DNA of 64,000 bases, the filler included, from Circinaria calcarea (Eukaryota), in the NCBI GenBank assembly GCA_051942165.1. It is 19 parts of 19 records of this genome, joined end to end, with 100 filler letters (N's around TTAATTAATTAA, not from the genome) between each part and the next. Parts side by side here need not be neighbours in the genome. Positions count along the whole stretch, not along the records: positions 47,447 to 50,726 come from JAVECS010002919.1; positions 50,827 to 54,104 come from JAVECS010002920.1; positions 54,205 to 57,482 come from JAVECS010002921.1; positions 57,583 to 60,854 come from JAVECS010002922.1; positions 60,955 to 64,000 come from JAVECS010003073.1; 14 more parts are not named here. One strand, 5' to 3'. Of this stretch, positions 48,690-61,922 are shown one piece after another. Below the pieces are notes generated by a model, which made no database searches, was not told where the DNA came from, and saw only the letters and a program-made list of their open reading frames with translations. How positions within the stretch are numbered: position 1 is the stretch's first letter; every line of letters starts with the position of its first letter. A program made the position numbers and the translations under genes.

Positions 48690-49060
48690 TGTGAGAGCTT
48701 GATTAAGAAGAGATGCACCAGCCTCAATAATTCCTTAAGAGTATAGGAGTGCTTATATTGCCAAGGAGAGGAATCTGAGGTCAGCAAAAGGCGTCCGTGT
48801 CCTCACATACAATCGGATAGCAATCGGGCTTCATCATATACATTCGTCCATGTCAGATTCCACATTCATTGTTTACGATGATCTGGCACAAAAAAATGAC
48901 GCTAAGAGGTGGAAGCGGAAGCCGTTTGATGCATATGTCACTGGCCTTATGATGGTGCTCATGCATGCTGGATTTCTTTATTGAGGTGATGGTCTTGTAA
49001 GCTAAAGTAAGTCCTAAAGGAACTCAACAGTTGGACTCACCATCTCACTATCTCACTATC

Positions 49061-50726
49061 ATGGCCGCCCCCAGAGCGGGGATAATGGCATTCCGTCCAA
49101 AGCGATTCCCGCAGGCCGCCGCAACTGCCCCATGGCAATGCGTTTTCTGTCAGCAGCGTCGGGAATGGACCCGCTATTTCTCAGCATCTGCAAGGAGAAG
49201 GAAACCAAACAGTCAAGACGGGAATGATCCATTCGGTACCCGGCTTCGCCGTGCCTTGAGAAATACCAAGGTACAATGGTACCCCATACCAGTGGGACTG
49301 GGTATCGGCTTCCTTGGCTTTACTCAGTTGTATCGCTCGCGGCAGCGCAGTAATGCTCAGCAAGCAGAAGATGAGGTCGACCATCACACTACAAACAGGG
49401 ACGGCGAAGGAAATGAGCACAAGCCTAGAAAGAGGAAGCGAATCCGTCCCAGTGGTCCTTGGTATGAGAATTATGATAGCTACGGTGGATGCCCCTACTT
49501 GGGCTGATCTAGGCTTTCAGGCAAGTTCAGGTCATGTCAACTCTACCCTTGAAGGCTGTTTCACGGCTGTGGGGACGATTCAACGAACTCGAGATACCCT
49601 ATTACTTGCGCGTACCCGGATTCAAGCTGTATTCTTGGATTTTTGGCGTCAAGTAAGTGCGCTATATGCATCACATGGGCATATCCGCTAAAAAGTCTAC
49701 CCAGTCTTTCAGAGGTTGCTGAGCCCGATCTACATACATATCCCAATCTCGCGTCATTCTTCTACCGAACTCTCAAGCCTGGTGTTCGACCGCTGGACCC
49801 AAACTCCTCGGCTCTGTTATCTCCGGCAGATGGCCGAGTGTTACAATTTGGCCTAATTGAGAATGGAGAGGTCGAGCAGGTGAAGGGTATGACATACAGC
49901 CTGGACGCACTCCTTGGTTCAAACTCATCCAAGAGTCTCGAGAATGCCGCAGACCTAGCCGAATCAGATGATGATATCGAGGAGAAGCCAGATGTAATCA
50001 AAGCGGATGAAGAATTTGCCAATGTCAATGGAATATCCTATACTCTCCCTAATCTCTTTTCCGGACCATCGACCTCGGGTGGTACCTCTCCTGCGTCGTC
50101 AATGGACGCCTCCACCACTCCCAAATCGGCTTCCGTAGCCGAAGTGCGCGCAGACCTAGCTCGCGGCGACGGAAGTAGCTCTGGTCTATTCTCATCTACG
50201 AAGAAAACCGCAACAGCGTTGTACTACCTAGTTGTCTATCTCGCCCCAGGGGACTACCACCGCTTCCACTCTCCCACATCCTGGGTCGTAGAAAAGCGGC
50301 GCCACTTCGCCGGAGAATTATACAGCGTTTCCCCATACCTCCAACGAACGCTCCCAGGTCTATTCACCCTCAACGAGCGCGTCGTCCTTCTCGGACGCTG
50401 GCGATGGGGATTCTTCAGCTTCACGCCTGTCGGGGCTACCAACGTCGGCTCCATCAAAATCAACTTCGATAGCGAACTGCGGACAAACAGCCTGACCACA
50501 GATACCGCCGCCGATCGCGCGGCCGAGGAAGCCGCCAAGCGCGGAGAAGCATACTCCGGATACGCCGAAGCGACGTATGCGAAAGCCAGCAGGTTACTGG
50601 GTGGCCACGCGTTACGCCGAGGGGAAGAAATGGGCGGGTTTCAGTTGGGGAGTTCGATCGTGCTGGTATTTGAAGCGCCGCAAGGCCGGCGAAAGACTTT
50701 GGATGAGGGCTGGGAGGAAGGAGAGG
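49061..50726 (+). CDS. PSD1: Mitochondrial phosphatidylserine decarboxylase 1 (2 introns, 3' truncated)
   Basis: WYPIPVGLGIGFLG, LPLKAVSRLWG, FFYRTLKPGVRP, SPADGRVL, YLAPGDYHRFHSP, VGATNVGSI, GFQLGSSIVLVFE (LGS self-cleavage motif). Confidence 0.96.
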
Positions 50727-50828
50727 NNNNNNNNNNNNNNNNNNNNNNNNNNNNNNNNNNNNNNNNNNNNTTAATTAATTAANNNNNNNNNNNNNNNNNN
50801 NNNNNNNNNNNNNNNNNNNNNNNNNNGA

Positions 50829-51074
50829 CTTCTCCTGCAAGCGGAGCGCTTCGAAGCTAAAGTAGGGGAAGCCGTCGACAGCGCAATCCTGCAAGGCAAG
50901 CCTATAGAATGGTCCAGGAGTCCTCATAAAGCCAAAGACGCGGACAAGAGACTGAAACTCTTGGCAGCAAACCTCGAGGTACATCTACAAGCTCTCAAGG
51001 ATGGCAAGATCAACATGATGACCGAGGTACAATGGAGAGAAAAGGTCCTCACGTTACGGCGGACCGATATTTGA
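50829..51074 (+). CDS. C-terminal fragment of an unidentified protein
   Basis: Open frame from the contig edge: LLLQAERFEAKVGEAVDSAILQGKPIEW...LAANLEVHLQALKDG...RRTDI*. Confidence 0.45.
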   Translation, partial: LLLQAERFEAKVGEAVDSAILQGKPIEWSRSPHKAKDADKRLKLLAANLEVHLQALKDGKINMMTEVQWREKVLTLRRTDI

Positions 51075-51627
51075 GAGTATTCTTCCGGAAGCTCGGACTC
51101 ACTGATCCCTTTGCACTGCTTTTTATGGTGCTAAATGATGCTCCTGCTGGGGTTGGTGGCGAGAGAACAACCTACATGGTCTTTTGAAAAGTCGACACAT
51201 CTGATGAGAAGCTTACTAAAAATCAAGATATTTATCAACTCTGTATGACAGCTTATCTTCTGACTGGGATACAATAAACTCTAACTGGAGTAACTTTTCC
51301 TCGCAGCGAAACACATAGCAATAGCCGATGATAAGACACGTTGGAGATAGTAGTCACATTTATAAACTGTTATACTCATTTCCCACAACAATGTGCGAGC
51401 TAATTGCTATAAAGTATATACAATAAAAACCAGGTCATCAAACCTACAGTCCCGAACAAACCGCAGTATTATGATCTCGAAAAACTGACGATACACCAAA
51501 TGCTGGCAACTGACTCCCTACCAAGACACGACTGCTAAAAATCGAAGTCTCTCTCCAAGCGCCAGCGCCAGAACGGTCCCATTTACCATACTACAAAAAT
51601 CTTCGCTCCAAAGACTCGAGTCAATCC

Positions 51628-51858
51628 TCATACCGTCGTAAAGCCATGTCTGTGTACCGCCCAACCATTCCCCAAGGATGCCGGGAAATTGACTGGCGAG
51701 GGCGGAGGAGGGGGAGGCTGATGGATCGATGAATAAGGATCGATCGAGAGGTCAGGTTTGGATTTCGAGATCAGGAATGCATCGGAGAGATCTTGGCTCA
51801 GCGTGTTTGAGGTGAGGACCGAAAGCCGTTGACGGGATTGCGGAAGGGAGAAGCTCAT
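51628..51858 (-). CDS. Small hypothetical protein (76 aa) with poly-Pro motif
   Basis: ACGATG start; MSFSLPQSRQRLSVL...PDLSIDPYS...PPPPPPSPV...; possible spliced 5' UTR upstream. Confidence 0.5.
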   Translation of the reverse strand: MSFSLPQSRQRLSVLTSNTLSQDLSDAFLISKSKPDLSIDPYSSIHQPPPPPPSPVNFPASLGNGWAVHRHGFTTV

Positions 51859-54845
51859 CGTAGCGGTCCTGTAGCGGTTCTTCGGTGATAGATGGAGAAG
51901 AGAGAGAAGGTAGGCAATTTAGGAGCTCGGCCGCAATATACTAGTTTCGTTAGCAGCGTATCGCAAAAGCTACAGTAATGTGGATATCCTTACCGTATCA
52001 AACCGCACGTTCAAACTCCAAGGTTGGGAAAGGTAGTAAAGTAACTCGAGATGGTTTGCACTACGAAATCAGGCCGGACCATCACAATTGTATGAATATT
52101 TCCAAGTAGACGTTGAGCCACCAGATGCAAAAAAAGCAGAAGAGGAGGGAATAAAGTCTTATAATATTCCGATGACTACTACGCAGCACATGCTCCAGGG
52201 GGGAAAAAGCGGACTGCATCGGAAATAAGCATCCCCAGCTTTCGCTCCGGCAACAAACCTGGCCCGTACCTGTCTCACTCTTCACCGCCTCACCCGAAGT
52301 CCAAGCTTATTCAACGCCCCAAACAAAGATCCAGCACACGCTTCGGGGCAGGGATTTCTGGCTTTTGTGACGTGGATTCGTCCTCGAGGATTCGATCCAG
52401 AAGGCGGTCCTCCGCCCCAGATATCGGGCATCCCCTTCCCCCTTCGACCGTCTCGCGTCCAGAGGAGACGGTCGGGGATTCCAGCCACCGAGCCTGAAAT
52501 GTCGCAACGAGAGGTCCTGGCTGCTTCCTTGCCCGTGTTGTTATTCCTGGAGGCTGTTGTGCGTCATCGTATTATCGGAAAGGCAGAAGGTAGCGCATAA
52601 GGTTTTGTTTGCATGGGGCCTGCATATCGGCTACTCGACGTATCCTATTTCAATGGCACCGTGTTCGGCGTGGCCACGGGCTGGAACAGGACGAAATAGA
52701 TCAGATCTCGACTCCACCAAGAGGGTGGGCTTGATTATACTTTCGGGGCCCAGTAGAAATACTTTCTTCTCCAGGAGAACATCGACCTGTCCCCTGGAAT
52801 GCTACTCTAATTTTAACGCACAGTCCCTACCTTAGCCTTTAGCACGCATTCCATGAGAATCCCGGGGTAAGCACATGGGTCGATCGGGCACAGTTGAGCC
52901 GCGTGGCAGACCGGGGACCCTATCGTGGGGATGCGCTTCTGGTTGGGAGATGGAAGGGGTAAGGAAGCGCTAAAAAGGGGGCCGGGAGAGCTTTACCGGA
53001 GACATGTCATTCCAGAATATATGATCTTCCTCGACGATTTCTAAATATTACACAACGGTGTTGACGAGAGGAGATGGATTGATTGGCAGCCCGGGTAGAC
53101 GAGGTTGATGTGTGTGTGTCGCAAAGACGTTGCAGAGCATGCTCTATTTTTGAGCCGAGTGGCCACTTGGCCACTCGTCAAGTGAATGGTTTACTCCGTA
53201 GCGAATCAGATATCTGTAGCGCATATGCCAGTCGCCAATACTCACTCGCCTGGAGACAGCCTCGTTATGGTTAGGGGAAATGCTCCACGGCCACATTTGA
53301 ACCTCTGCAGCAACCGTTGGCCACCCGGCTGGATTGGGATGAATAGATGGATGCGAGAAACGACATGATTGGAACACCGCAGATCCGAATTTGGATCCAC
53401 AGCAGCCTTTTTTCCTATCGGAATCAAATCGGATTATACGCTGCGAGGCGGGTCCCAAGGTTATGCTCACCCAAGGCTTAATGTGCACAACAATATCTTG
53501 GAATGCTGACGTTCTTATTCTGGTGCCCACGCATTACCAATGACTACGCAGTTTCCTTTTTTGGCTTGTTTGGCAAAGCTGAAGGTATCTAGCTAAGACT
53601 GTTCCTAGCTGTCCTCGTGTCTTTGTCCGATAGTTTTTTTCGATTACTGCATATGTGGTTCCCGGAGTCCATCATTTCCATGAATGCTACTGTCCTGGAA
53701 TCCGTATAGGGATATGACAATCTAGCTAGCCATGCTGGGTCCAGTCCTTCGAATGCAACTCGCGATGCGGGCTGCATTTACCATCCGGTTTGGGGCGATC
53801 CTTCTAAAGCAGTAATGGGTTACTACTCTCTCATGCAAATCACTACGCTTCGATCATCGATACTTTTCCATGGGTATCATGATTCCGATGGTTACACGCT
53901 GGAATGCTTACTGCTGTAGAAGAAATACCAAAACTACTCGAGACTTTGAGGGTTCGCTGCTCGCAAAAGGAAAGCAAGCTAGACGAGGCATGCGTAACCT
54001 TATTACGTGTATCAGCTTCTATTGGGAAGAACAGCAATGTCCTTGGATATCCCAGTTTCCCTCTTACTTTTCCTGGTAGTCTCACACAAGATCCTATTCG
54101 GAAGNNNNNNNNNNNNNNNNNNNNNNNNNNNNNNNNNNNNNNNNNNNNTTAATTAATTAANNNNNNNNNNNNNNNNNNNNNNNNNNNNNNNNNNNNNNNN
54201 NNNNCGGCGTCCGGCTAAGGGAGCTTTGGCCCCTTCGCTGCGTCTTTAGCGCAAGGCAGTGTTCTAAACGGCGGCCTTCCAGCCGCTGAACCCTTTGGTC
54301 TGGCCGTTGGTCTGGATGCGCTGATGCATAATCCATAGTCTAGAACGACAACGAGCATACGGTGAAGTGTGCTTAAGAGCCCACGGCAGCCCCACTTGTT
54401 CCGTTGCTGCCTCATCTCTCCCATATTGCATTTCCCGTCTTCTGTCAGCAACACCGAACTACAGGCACAGCTATTCTTTCCCACACGGGAAGATCCATTA
54501 TGCCATACTATCGATTCTACCTAATTGTGTACGATCATCCTCAACTATCCACTGGACCTTCCCGTTGGCTCTCCTCTGGGCGGGGCAGCTTACGTATTAG
54601 GAGTAAGTCTGGATTTGAAGCATGCATTTTGCGCAATATGGAGGCCAAACGCCAACTGTTGGCCCCCTTGGAGATATCTCCCCCTGCTACGAGATCCTCC
54701 TGGAAATCGTGAATCTGTTCACTCAATCGTGAAAACCCTGACCCGTACCCGCCTAATTTTGAAGTATTCAACTGGTGCGAAGAAAAGAGCCGAAAATGAC
54801 CAGAGAAGGGAAGGTCGCTTATTTACATATTTCGAGACGAAGCTG

Positions 54846-57054
54846 TCATACTGGTCGCCGTTGCATTTGATTCATTGCTGCGTTCGTCTGGGCGTAAACT
54901 CGGGGTCGCTTGGGATCATGTGCAATGTCATCAATTCCTGTCATTTCCGAAGCTTGTCGTCGATGTGGCATCCCCCGAGGCGGTGCGCCTAGAGGTGTCT
55001 GGGGTTGCTGAAATTGTATGGCGCTGTGATCTATGCCGTAGGCGGTCGGTGTATGTACAGTTTGCATGAAATGATTTGCATTGTTGGTTACTGTTGGAGA
55101 TATACCCGAGAACTGCCCGGGGGACTGCCAATTCGAGACGGTTGAAGGCGATTGACCTGGTGAACTCTCATCCTTGATCGAATGAGGAGTTGAGGTATGC
55201 ACCATGGTTGCCGCCGTGTTTGGCATCATTTCTATTCCCTCGGGAAGCTTCTTTAAGTGACCGAGATGTTTCTCAAGCATATTCAGGAGGCCTTCTTTGG
55301 TAAAAGGTTTTGGTAAGACGTCGTTCATTCCTAATCCGACCATGTCAGCTTCGCGGCAGGAAAGACAATTCGCCTCTTACCATGCTGGAAATACATTGAT
55401 ATGTCATCGCTCCTAATGTTCGACGTCATTGCAACAATCGGAGTCGTGTCAAATTGCCTGATGAGGTGGCATGCAGATACGCCGTCGAGATTGGGCATGA
55501 TGATGTCCATCAGTACCATGTCATATTTGGATCCAGCGTTCATTTTATTGACAGCTTCCAAGCCGTCGAACTGTTGAAGATTAGTGTTGACGTTGCGGAA
55601 GGATATTTTTCTATTGCTTACTGCACTATCTATAGCACAATGGAAGGAATAGAGAAATTTGCCGCCAATTCGTCGACAAGTTGGGTCATCCTCGACCAAG
55701 AGTATTTGAGGCGGCCGGACCCAGCCCGGATCTACCTGAGTACTCTTCTTACGACCATCGGAATACTGGGTCCTCGAATCATTCACGGGCTGATCTTTCG
55801 ATGGCATCGGATAAGGGATGTTATGGATGTGTTCGCTATATGTAGGATCGATACCATTCGCCTGGCCAACAGGATAGACCATCGATTCCAGGTCTCCATT
55901 CAGTTTCGCATAGGTCATTGAAGAGCTAGATCCAGCAGAGGTGGGTGGTCTGGGATGGCCGTTTCGAGCCGCAGCGGCATCTGGTGGAGGAGTGGAAATA
56001 CTAATGGTGCGATTGTGAAGTTCATTCATGTGCTCCAGGTTTTTATAGTTCAACTGGACATCTGCATGGAGGTCATTCAATAGCTTCGAAGCATTTTGCA
56101 ATGGGGAAGCAGGTTCGTCGTCCAAGGGAGCTAACTGTGGATCTGCTGAGCTGGTAGGTACCCCGTTCTCTGTCGGTTGACCAAATGGAGGTCCTAGTCG
56201 GCTATCTCTTCGTTGTTTCGCATCCACAGAGTGCAGAAAATTCATGACATTCTGCATCACATGCTCGTGATTGACTACGGTCTTTTGTACCCCAATGAGT
56301 TCCTGAAGTAGTAGGGAATGATGCATACTTAGTTCATTGTATCTTTCCTGCAATTGCTGAAGTTGATGTTGGGTAGCAACAAGTTGAGTGTTGACCAGGT
56401 CCATTTGTTGTGTTGGAATAGCCTCGTCGAGAGCCTGCGTGGCTTTCCTGGGTGCTGGAGCTTTCCTTCGGATGTTATCAAGTGCATCCTTGTTATTTGC
56501 TTTGAATTCGGGATGCTTGAACTCCCATGCCTGTAGCTGTCAGCCCTGCCAGGCAGCCTTAGCTTTATTTCTTACTTACTCCTGCTCCATAGGGCGATTG
56601 CCCATTATCTTCATTGTTATGCCGAACCTTGTGGAAGTCGTACTTGTTCAACTGGCGAACAAAGCTTGCAAAGTTGCTATGTTTGAAGTGTTTTGGGAGG
56701 ATGGACTTGGTGAACCGTTCATTCTACTCGCCAGATCAGACAGCGCTCAACCATCGTCGTGTCGAATGGGAAATTAACCTCCAATACCACAAAACTATCA
56801 CCTTCGTCACCCCAGCGTACCACAGCGGCGTATGTTGGATCTTCGAGCATTCTGTTCCGTCCATTAATATCTTGCATTATTTTGCCTTACGATCGAGGCT
56901 AAGTCTTGCTCGAAGGCTGCCTACTTGTACAGTTTCCGCACCTAACATATCGCGTCAGTGTCTTCACAGCATCCGAGTTCCGTGAGTTCCTTGTACTCAC
57001 GAAATCGCTCGAATTATTTGCGCCTCCAACCCCTCCAATCTGACTCCCTTCCAT
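54846..57054 (-). CDS. SKN7: Response-regulator transcription factor Skn7/SrrA/Prr1 (HSF DNA-binding domain, coiled coil, receiver domain); complete, multi-exon
   Basis: SSDF|VRKLYK|MLED...[14 protein letters not shown]|...[65 protein letters not shown]. Confidence 0.96.
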
Positions 57055-57584
57055 GGAAGCGAGAGTAGACTCGACGTCCACACAGGTATGCAGTTGTCTC
57101 GCACGATTTTCAACCAAGTATTCAAATCTTCCGGGTCCTCCTCTCTCGCAATATTTTAGTTCTAGGCGATTCCTGCCGAATCGCACTGGTTAGGTAGTCT
57201 GGTGCAAGATACTGGGGAAATCGCCGTCAGGCACACCAAGACGAGCCAAAGGTGAGCTCCTGAGGGTTCGATGAATGGTTGGTTGATAGACTGCGATCGT
57301 GCCCGTCGATGCTGCTGCTGTTCAGGCGACGGTCGTCGATGTCGGCGACTCGAGTGGTCCCTGAATCATAATAGTAGACGTGAGCGATAATGCAATTCTC
57401 TGCAGGCCGCCGCGGAGGAGGGTAGTGGCTCGCTCAGGGATCCATGGCGCTGAAATGGGGATGCAAATGACGGGCTTCGGGGNNNNNNNNNNNNNNNNNN
57501 NNNNNNNNNNNNNNNNNNNNNNNNNNTTAATTAATTAANNNNNNNNNNNNNNNNNNNNNNNNNNNNNNNNNNNNNNNNNNNNTT

Positions 57585-58505
57585 CGAGAGGTTGTTGAGG
57601 CGTATTCCATACGTCTCAATGTAGTTTTCTTCTACAAATCCAACTGGCAAAATGAGGGTCTTCGTTTGTCGCGCCGGAATAAGTTCATCTGTGCTATGAT
57701 GGTTTCTATGCAGGAAATTGGCATGGAGGGCCCCAAAATGCGGGACCCTGGGCAAAAAGAACAAACACCATTCTATGTCCAATATCCTTCAGCTCGCCAT
57801 ATAGAATCCGATGTTAATTCTGGCGACTCTCAAGGTCCTTACTCTGCATCTCTGTCTCGTGATCCAGCCTTTGTCCCAAATGCCGCAGGCTTTGCTCCTG
57901 TGCGACCTCAGGGCTCGGCATTTCGGCAGGCGAATATTCCTTCCCGTGGTCCTCGCGCCCGTGGAGAGTCTATTTTGGCCATGTCAAAACGCGTTGATTT
58001 CTCCATTGGTATGAAGGACATCAGCTCGGGCGACATCATGGGGGATGTCTATGATGACGTCATCAAAATTCGCCTTCCAGACCTTACCGACAGGGGCGTG
58101 CCCCGTTCTCGGAGTATCAGGGATCCTAATGCAGAGAGGGAGGGAGACCGTGATACTACTACCTTAGGGCACACAAGTTCTCGGGACGGTGAGAGCCGGT
58201 CACACCCCAGCCTCCATCGGTCATCAACCGAGACTCAGACTCGGCTCAGAAGTCATAGCTCTGTTATCCATAAAAATCGTTTCTTTAGACGTGGAAAAGA
58301 CAAGGATAACAAGAACGGAGAGACCGAGGATTTGATGGAGCAGGGCATGGCGAATATTCCAGAATCCGGACACTCAGAAGCGAGAAGTGAAACCCCCACC
58401 CCTGATATTATACGCCAGGCGGACACGAAGAGCATCGGGAGTCTCTCGAGCTGGCAGCCAAATAGGAGTCTCACCGAAGATTTCGAGATGAAGCGCCTGA
58501 GATGA
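57585..58505 (+). CDS. MscS-like mechanosensitive channel (Msy1/Msy2 type), C-terminal part
   Basis: Frame open from the contig edge: LNVVFFYKSNWQNEGLRLSRRNKFICAMMVSMQEIGMEGP, the typical end of the fungal/plant MSL domain. Confidence 0.82.
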   Translation, partial: REVVEAYSIRLNVVFFYKSNWQNEGLRLSRRNKFICAMMVSMQEIGMEGPKMRDPGQKEQTPFYVQYPSARHIESDVNSGDSQGPYSASLSRDPAFVPNAAGFAPVRPQGSAFRQANIPSRGPRARGESILAMSKRVDFSIGMKDISSGDIMGDVYDDVIKIRLPDLTDRGVPRSRSIRDPNAEREGDRDTTTLGHTSSRDGESRSHPSLHRSSTETQTRLRSHSSVIHKNRFFRRGKDKDNKNGETEDLMEQGMANIPESGHSEARSETPTPDIIRQADTKSIGSLSSWQPNRSLTEDFEMKRLR

Positions 58506-59332
58506 AGTATATTTACAAACATGCCAGTTGTGGACTTTTTTGCAGCGACATTAGCGATTCGCTTATGAACAAAGCCTCTGTAAGATATGTCGGGAACGAA
58601 ACAAGGTGGTAGGACGGGCAGGTAGGATAATTTCCGACCTTTAGATGCATGCATTGGCAAACCTTGGGAACAACAATAGGTCGGCTTGTAGCACGTAAGG
58701 GTTCTTCTGTCACCTATTCATGTGAGCATACTCGTAAACCTTTCTAGCAATGACGAGGGCATCTTCCATTTATTGTCAATTGATATGCCCATTTTAATTA
58801 TTTCCGCTAGAAGGTTGTTATCTTTTGCAATCCGGATAATGTGTTCTAGGCTGGTGTGCAAAAATCAACAACGATGAAAGACGATTGGCGTAGGAGGGGT
58901 GCTGCTTGCTCACTACTTAGAAACTACAAGCATAAGTCTTAAATCGGACTTCTCTACGTCCAAGGTCTTGTGTTATTAGACAAGCTATCATTTCTGTGTG
59001 AGAGGTCCTCCAGTAATATACTGTTACTCTCCGCAACAACTTCTTCTCACCCGCCTCGGTTGTGGCCTGAAGTAAGCGTTGGCTTTATTTTTATTTTTTT
59101 GGTCTTCTTGTGCCTTTACTTTGTGCCTTTACCACTCCATTAACTCTCTATACCCGCTATATACATTTGACAGGCTTGTCAAACACGCCCTTTAGGCCTT
59201 TTGTATGTCACCTTTTAATTTAGCAATGAGCTACCTGTTATAGGCATCAGGGGTCCTCGTAACCTCTTAATCTCCGACAGGGACCGTACGCGTCTATTCG
59301 TCTATAAATCGAGAGCGGCTCTTGTCATAGTG

Positions 59333-59581
59333 GATGTAAGAGTATGGAGCAAAAGTCACCGGACACCCTGCATTTTTTCTAAGTCCATTCACCACAGGGT
59401 AAATTAATAATTTCAATAAATTACGACCCACCTCGCCAAACTAACCGGGATATCCTGCATTCTAGTACTGCGCACCCATTGGTGGGGCTGTAATTTACCA
59501 AAATTATCAATTTATCGTGCGGTGAACGGACTTAGAAAAAATGCAGGGTGTGTGGTGACTTTTGCTCCGTACTCTTACATC
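59333..59581. repeat. Fold-back / MITE-like element with ~100-bp imperfect inverted arms
   Basis: GATGTAAGAGTATGGAGCAAAAGTCACC...CACCCTGCATTTTTTCTAAGTCC mirrored by GGACTTAGAAAAAATGCAGGGTG...GGTGACTTTTGCTCCGTACTCTTACATC. Confidence 0.85.
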
Positions 59582-60313
59582 AAGTTTGACCACTTCTCCA
59601 TTCATAAACACTTCCATACCTATCCGTTTACTAGCATTTTATTCAATGCCTTGCATGGGCACAAGTGCTTCACTCATTGAAATCATGGGTTAGCAGGTCA
59701 AAATCTTATGCAAGGTGACTATTTATGGCCGGCAATTCGAGCACTACTTATCCAATAGGAGTACTGCTACATTTATGGATTGGTTTCATCGTTTATCCTT
59801 TGTATTATGCCCACGGATAACAACAGCTAACCAGTCTTAGGTTGTGGTATTTTATAGTGTTTTGGTAGCCATACTCGCCCCATGTCAAGTTAGACTAGTA
59901 CAGTATTACTAATAAGGTTGTATAGGAGGACTTAAGATGATGGGAGTCAGATACCTAAATCACCAACTTGCAGCGATTGACGAGGTGATATAGTATCCCA
60001 AATCTAAACCTTACAGCTGTCGCAACGTAAAGCTTTTGTCTATTGATAATTAGGACATTGTCATGTAAAGACCTAATCGTCCAACGAGTCATGGTTTTCT
60101 ATATTGGAATATAGATGGAAGCAGCCGACCAATGTGTGCATCTTCCTTTAATGTACATCGCATATGTATGCACTATGTGCCAGTATGCGGAGCGTCAGTA
60201 TCCATTATGTGCCAGCATGTAAGGGAAATATAATACCGCCTGCAGGGATGTAGCATATACATTCCGGGTCTTGATTTCATCAACATATCATGGTGATGTG
60301 TTCGTCTTATAAG

Positions 60314-60374
60314 GATCTCAATGTGAATATCCTAGATCTCAAGTGAATATCCTAGATCTTAATGTGAATATCCT
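60314..60374. repeat. ~21-bp tandem repeat x3 (GATCTCAATGTGAATATCCTA)
   Basis: Directly visible. Confidence 0.85.
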
Positions 60375-60954
60375 GTGTTTTCGTGGGCATGACTCCATGA
60401 ATAATTACAACTGATCTCAATTTTCTCTTTGTATTCTGACTGTAATTTGACTCCAAGTCTCTAATCTTCTGCTCACTGGATCTGCAAATGGCAGCTACCA
60501 TTCTTCAGGCACTTCGTGGCCTTGTTTACTTAACCTAGTGATCTCATAGGCAGCTTAGAGTAGGAGGTCCCGTTACCTTAAGCTGATAGCCTAACCGCGG
60601 CTTTTCCTACCGGTCTGAATATTTGGATCGGTCACAATGCCGTCCCTGAAGCAACTGACTTGCAATGTGCAATGGAGTGGTAAGCAATCCTATTCCATCC
60701 CTCAAGCTTCGTCGTTAAATATCTGAAGGGTCGGAAATCCCACTCCCAGAATACCAAACACGCTATGGAGATGGTAGAGCGGAAACGTACATTGCCGTTC
60801 CAGAACTCCCTACACCATTCGCGATCCGACTCAGGTCATCTGGATGGATTGCATNNNNNNNNNNNNNNNNNNNNNNNNNNNNNNNNNNNNNNNNNNNNTT
60901 AATTAATTAANNNNNNNNNNNNNNNNNNNNNNNNNNNNNNNNNNNNNNNNNNNN

Positions 60955-61250
60955 TAATTATCTTATTTTTCCCCGGACGTATTTAATATATTTAAAAAAA
61001 ATTTCCAGCGTTAAGCGTTCGGTATATATAATATTTTATATATAATAAAAGTTTTTATTCAATTAAATATTTTGGCCCAAAATTAAATAAACCGTAAAAT
61101 TGCGGAATATATTAATAATTTATTATTATTATATTTTAAAATCCGGCCAAAAATTACTTCTAAAATGTATTTGCCGAAATAAAAAGAATAGAGGATAAAA
61201 ATACGTTTTTTTCTATAAATTTTTATAATTTATATATTTATATACGGTTA
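60955..61250. repeat. AT-rich, RIP-like relic of unidentified repeat
   Basis: Very low GC, TpA-rich, surviving CCG/CGG motifs, sharp boundary near 61250. Confidence 0.6.
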
Positions 61251-61922
61251 TTGGAGCATCTAGTTGTTAATAGGCTGTATAGGATTAATGTGTTCGAAAG
61301 AATTTTCCTTCCGGTAACCCCTATAACCCCCCTGGAGACCTTGGCAAGAATTGCACAGAAGGTCATTAAAATTCAACCGACCATACAACTTCCGCCGTAA
61401 ATGAAGCAAGTCAATTCGCTGCCCCAAACCACAAGAGCCTAATCAATTGCGAAGAGCCAATAGAAACCCATTTAGGCGGGACTGACATCAACGACAACGA
61501 AGAATCGAGAGGCAAGGATGGACCTACGATATCAAAGGACGATGTCCTACCTCTTACTATGGTACTTCATCGGCCTCCCTCCGCTGGTGTATACTGACAT
61601 ATGAATAGCCTTCAGACACATCTTCTCTCAGTCTGAAGCGGAGATATTCGAAGGATGCCAAGGACTCTGATGACGATTTGGATGACTGGACACCGAAAAG
61701 ACGACAGGGTGAATGCCGTCGGCCGAATTCGATAACCAGTAAAACACCGAAGATAGGAGACAATCGTACAAGAAAGAGACCAAGTTGCACCCGATGATTT
61801 CGCCATCTCAGACGCCTTCGTCGATACCGGCCCAACACTCGAGAATAAAACGGTGACAGATCTGTCAAACAACGCGGACGAGACAGCAATTAAAATCGTA
61901 GTATTGTGAGTCTTATAAGTTC

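Noticed and set aside
44199..50726. PTH11-like, methyltransferase, UBL and PSD1 genes as one cluster
   Set aside because: They span a linker; only PTH11-like plus methyltransferase are linked and no backbone enzyme is visible.
52000..54104. Multiple 60-130 aa ORFs
   Set aside because: Overlapping on both strands without coding bias or motifs; treated as non-coding.
3297..60954. Regularly spaced TTAATTAATTAA as a CRISPR-like array or piggyBac target sites
   Set aside because: Always embedded in N44 runs; synthetic six-frame-stop linker.
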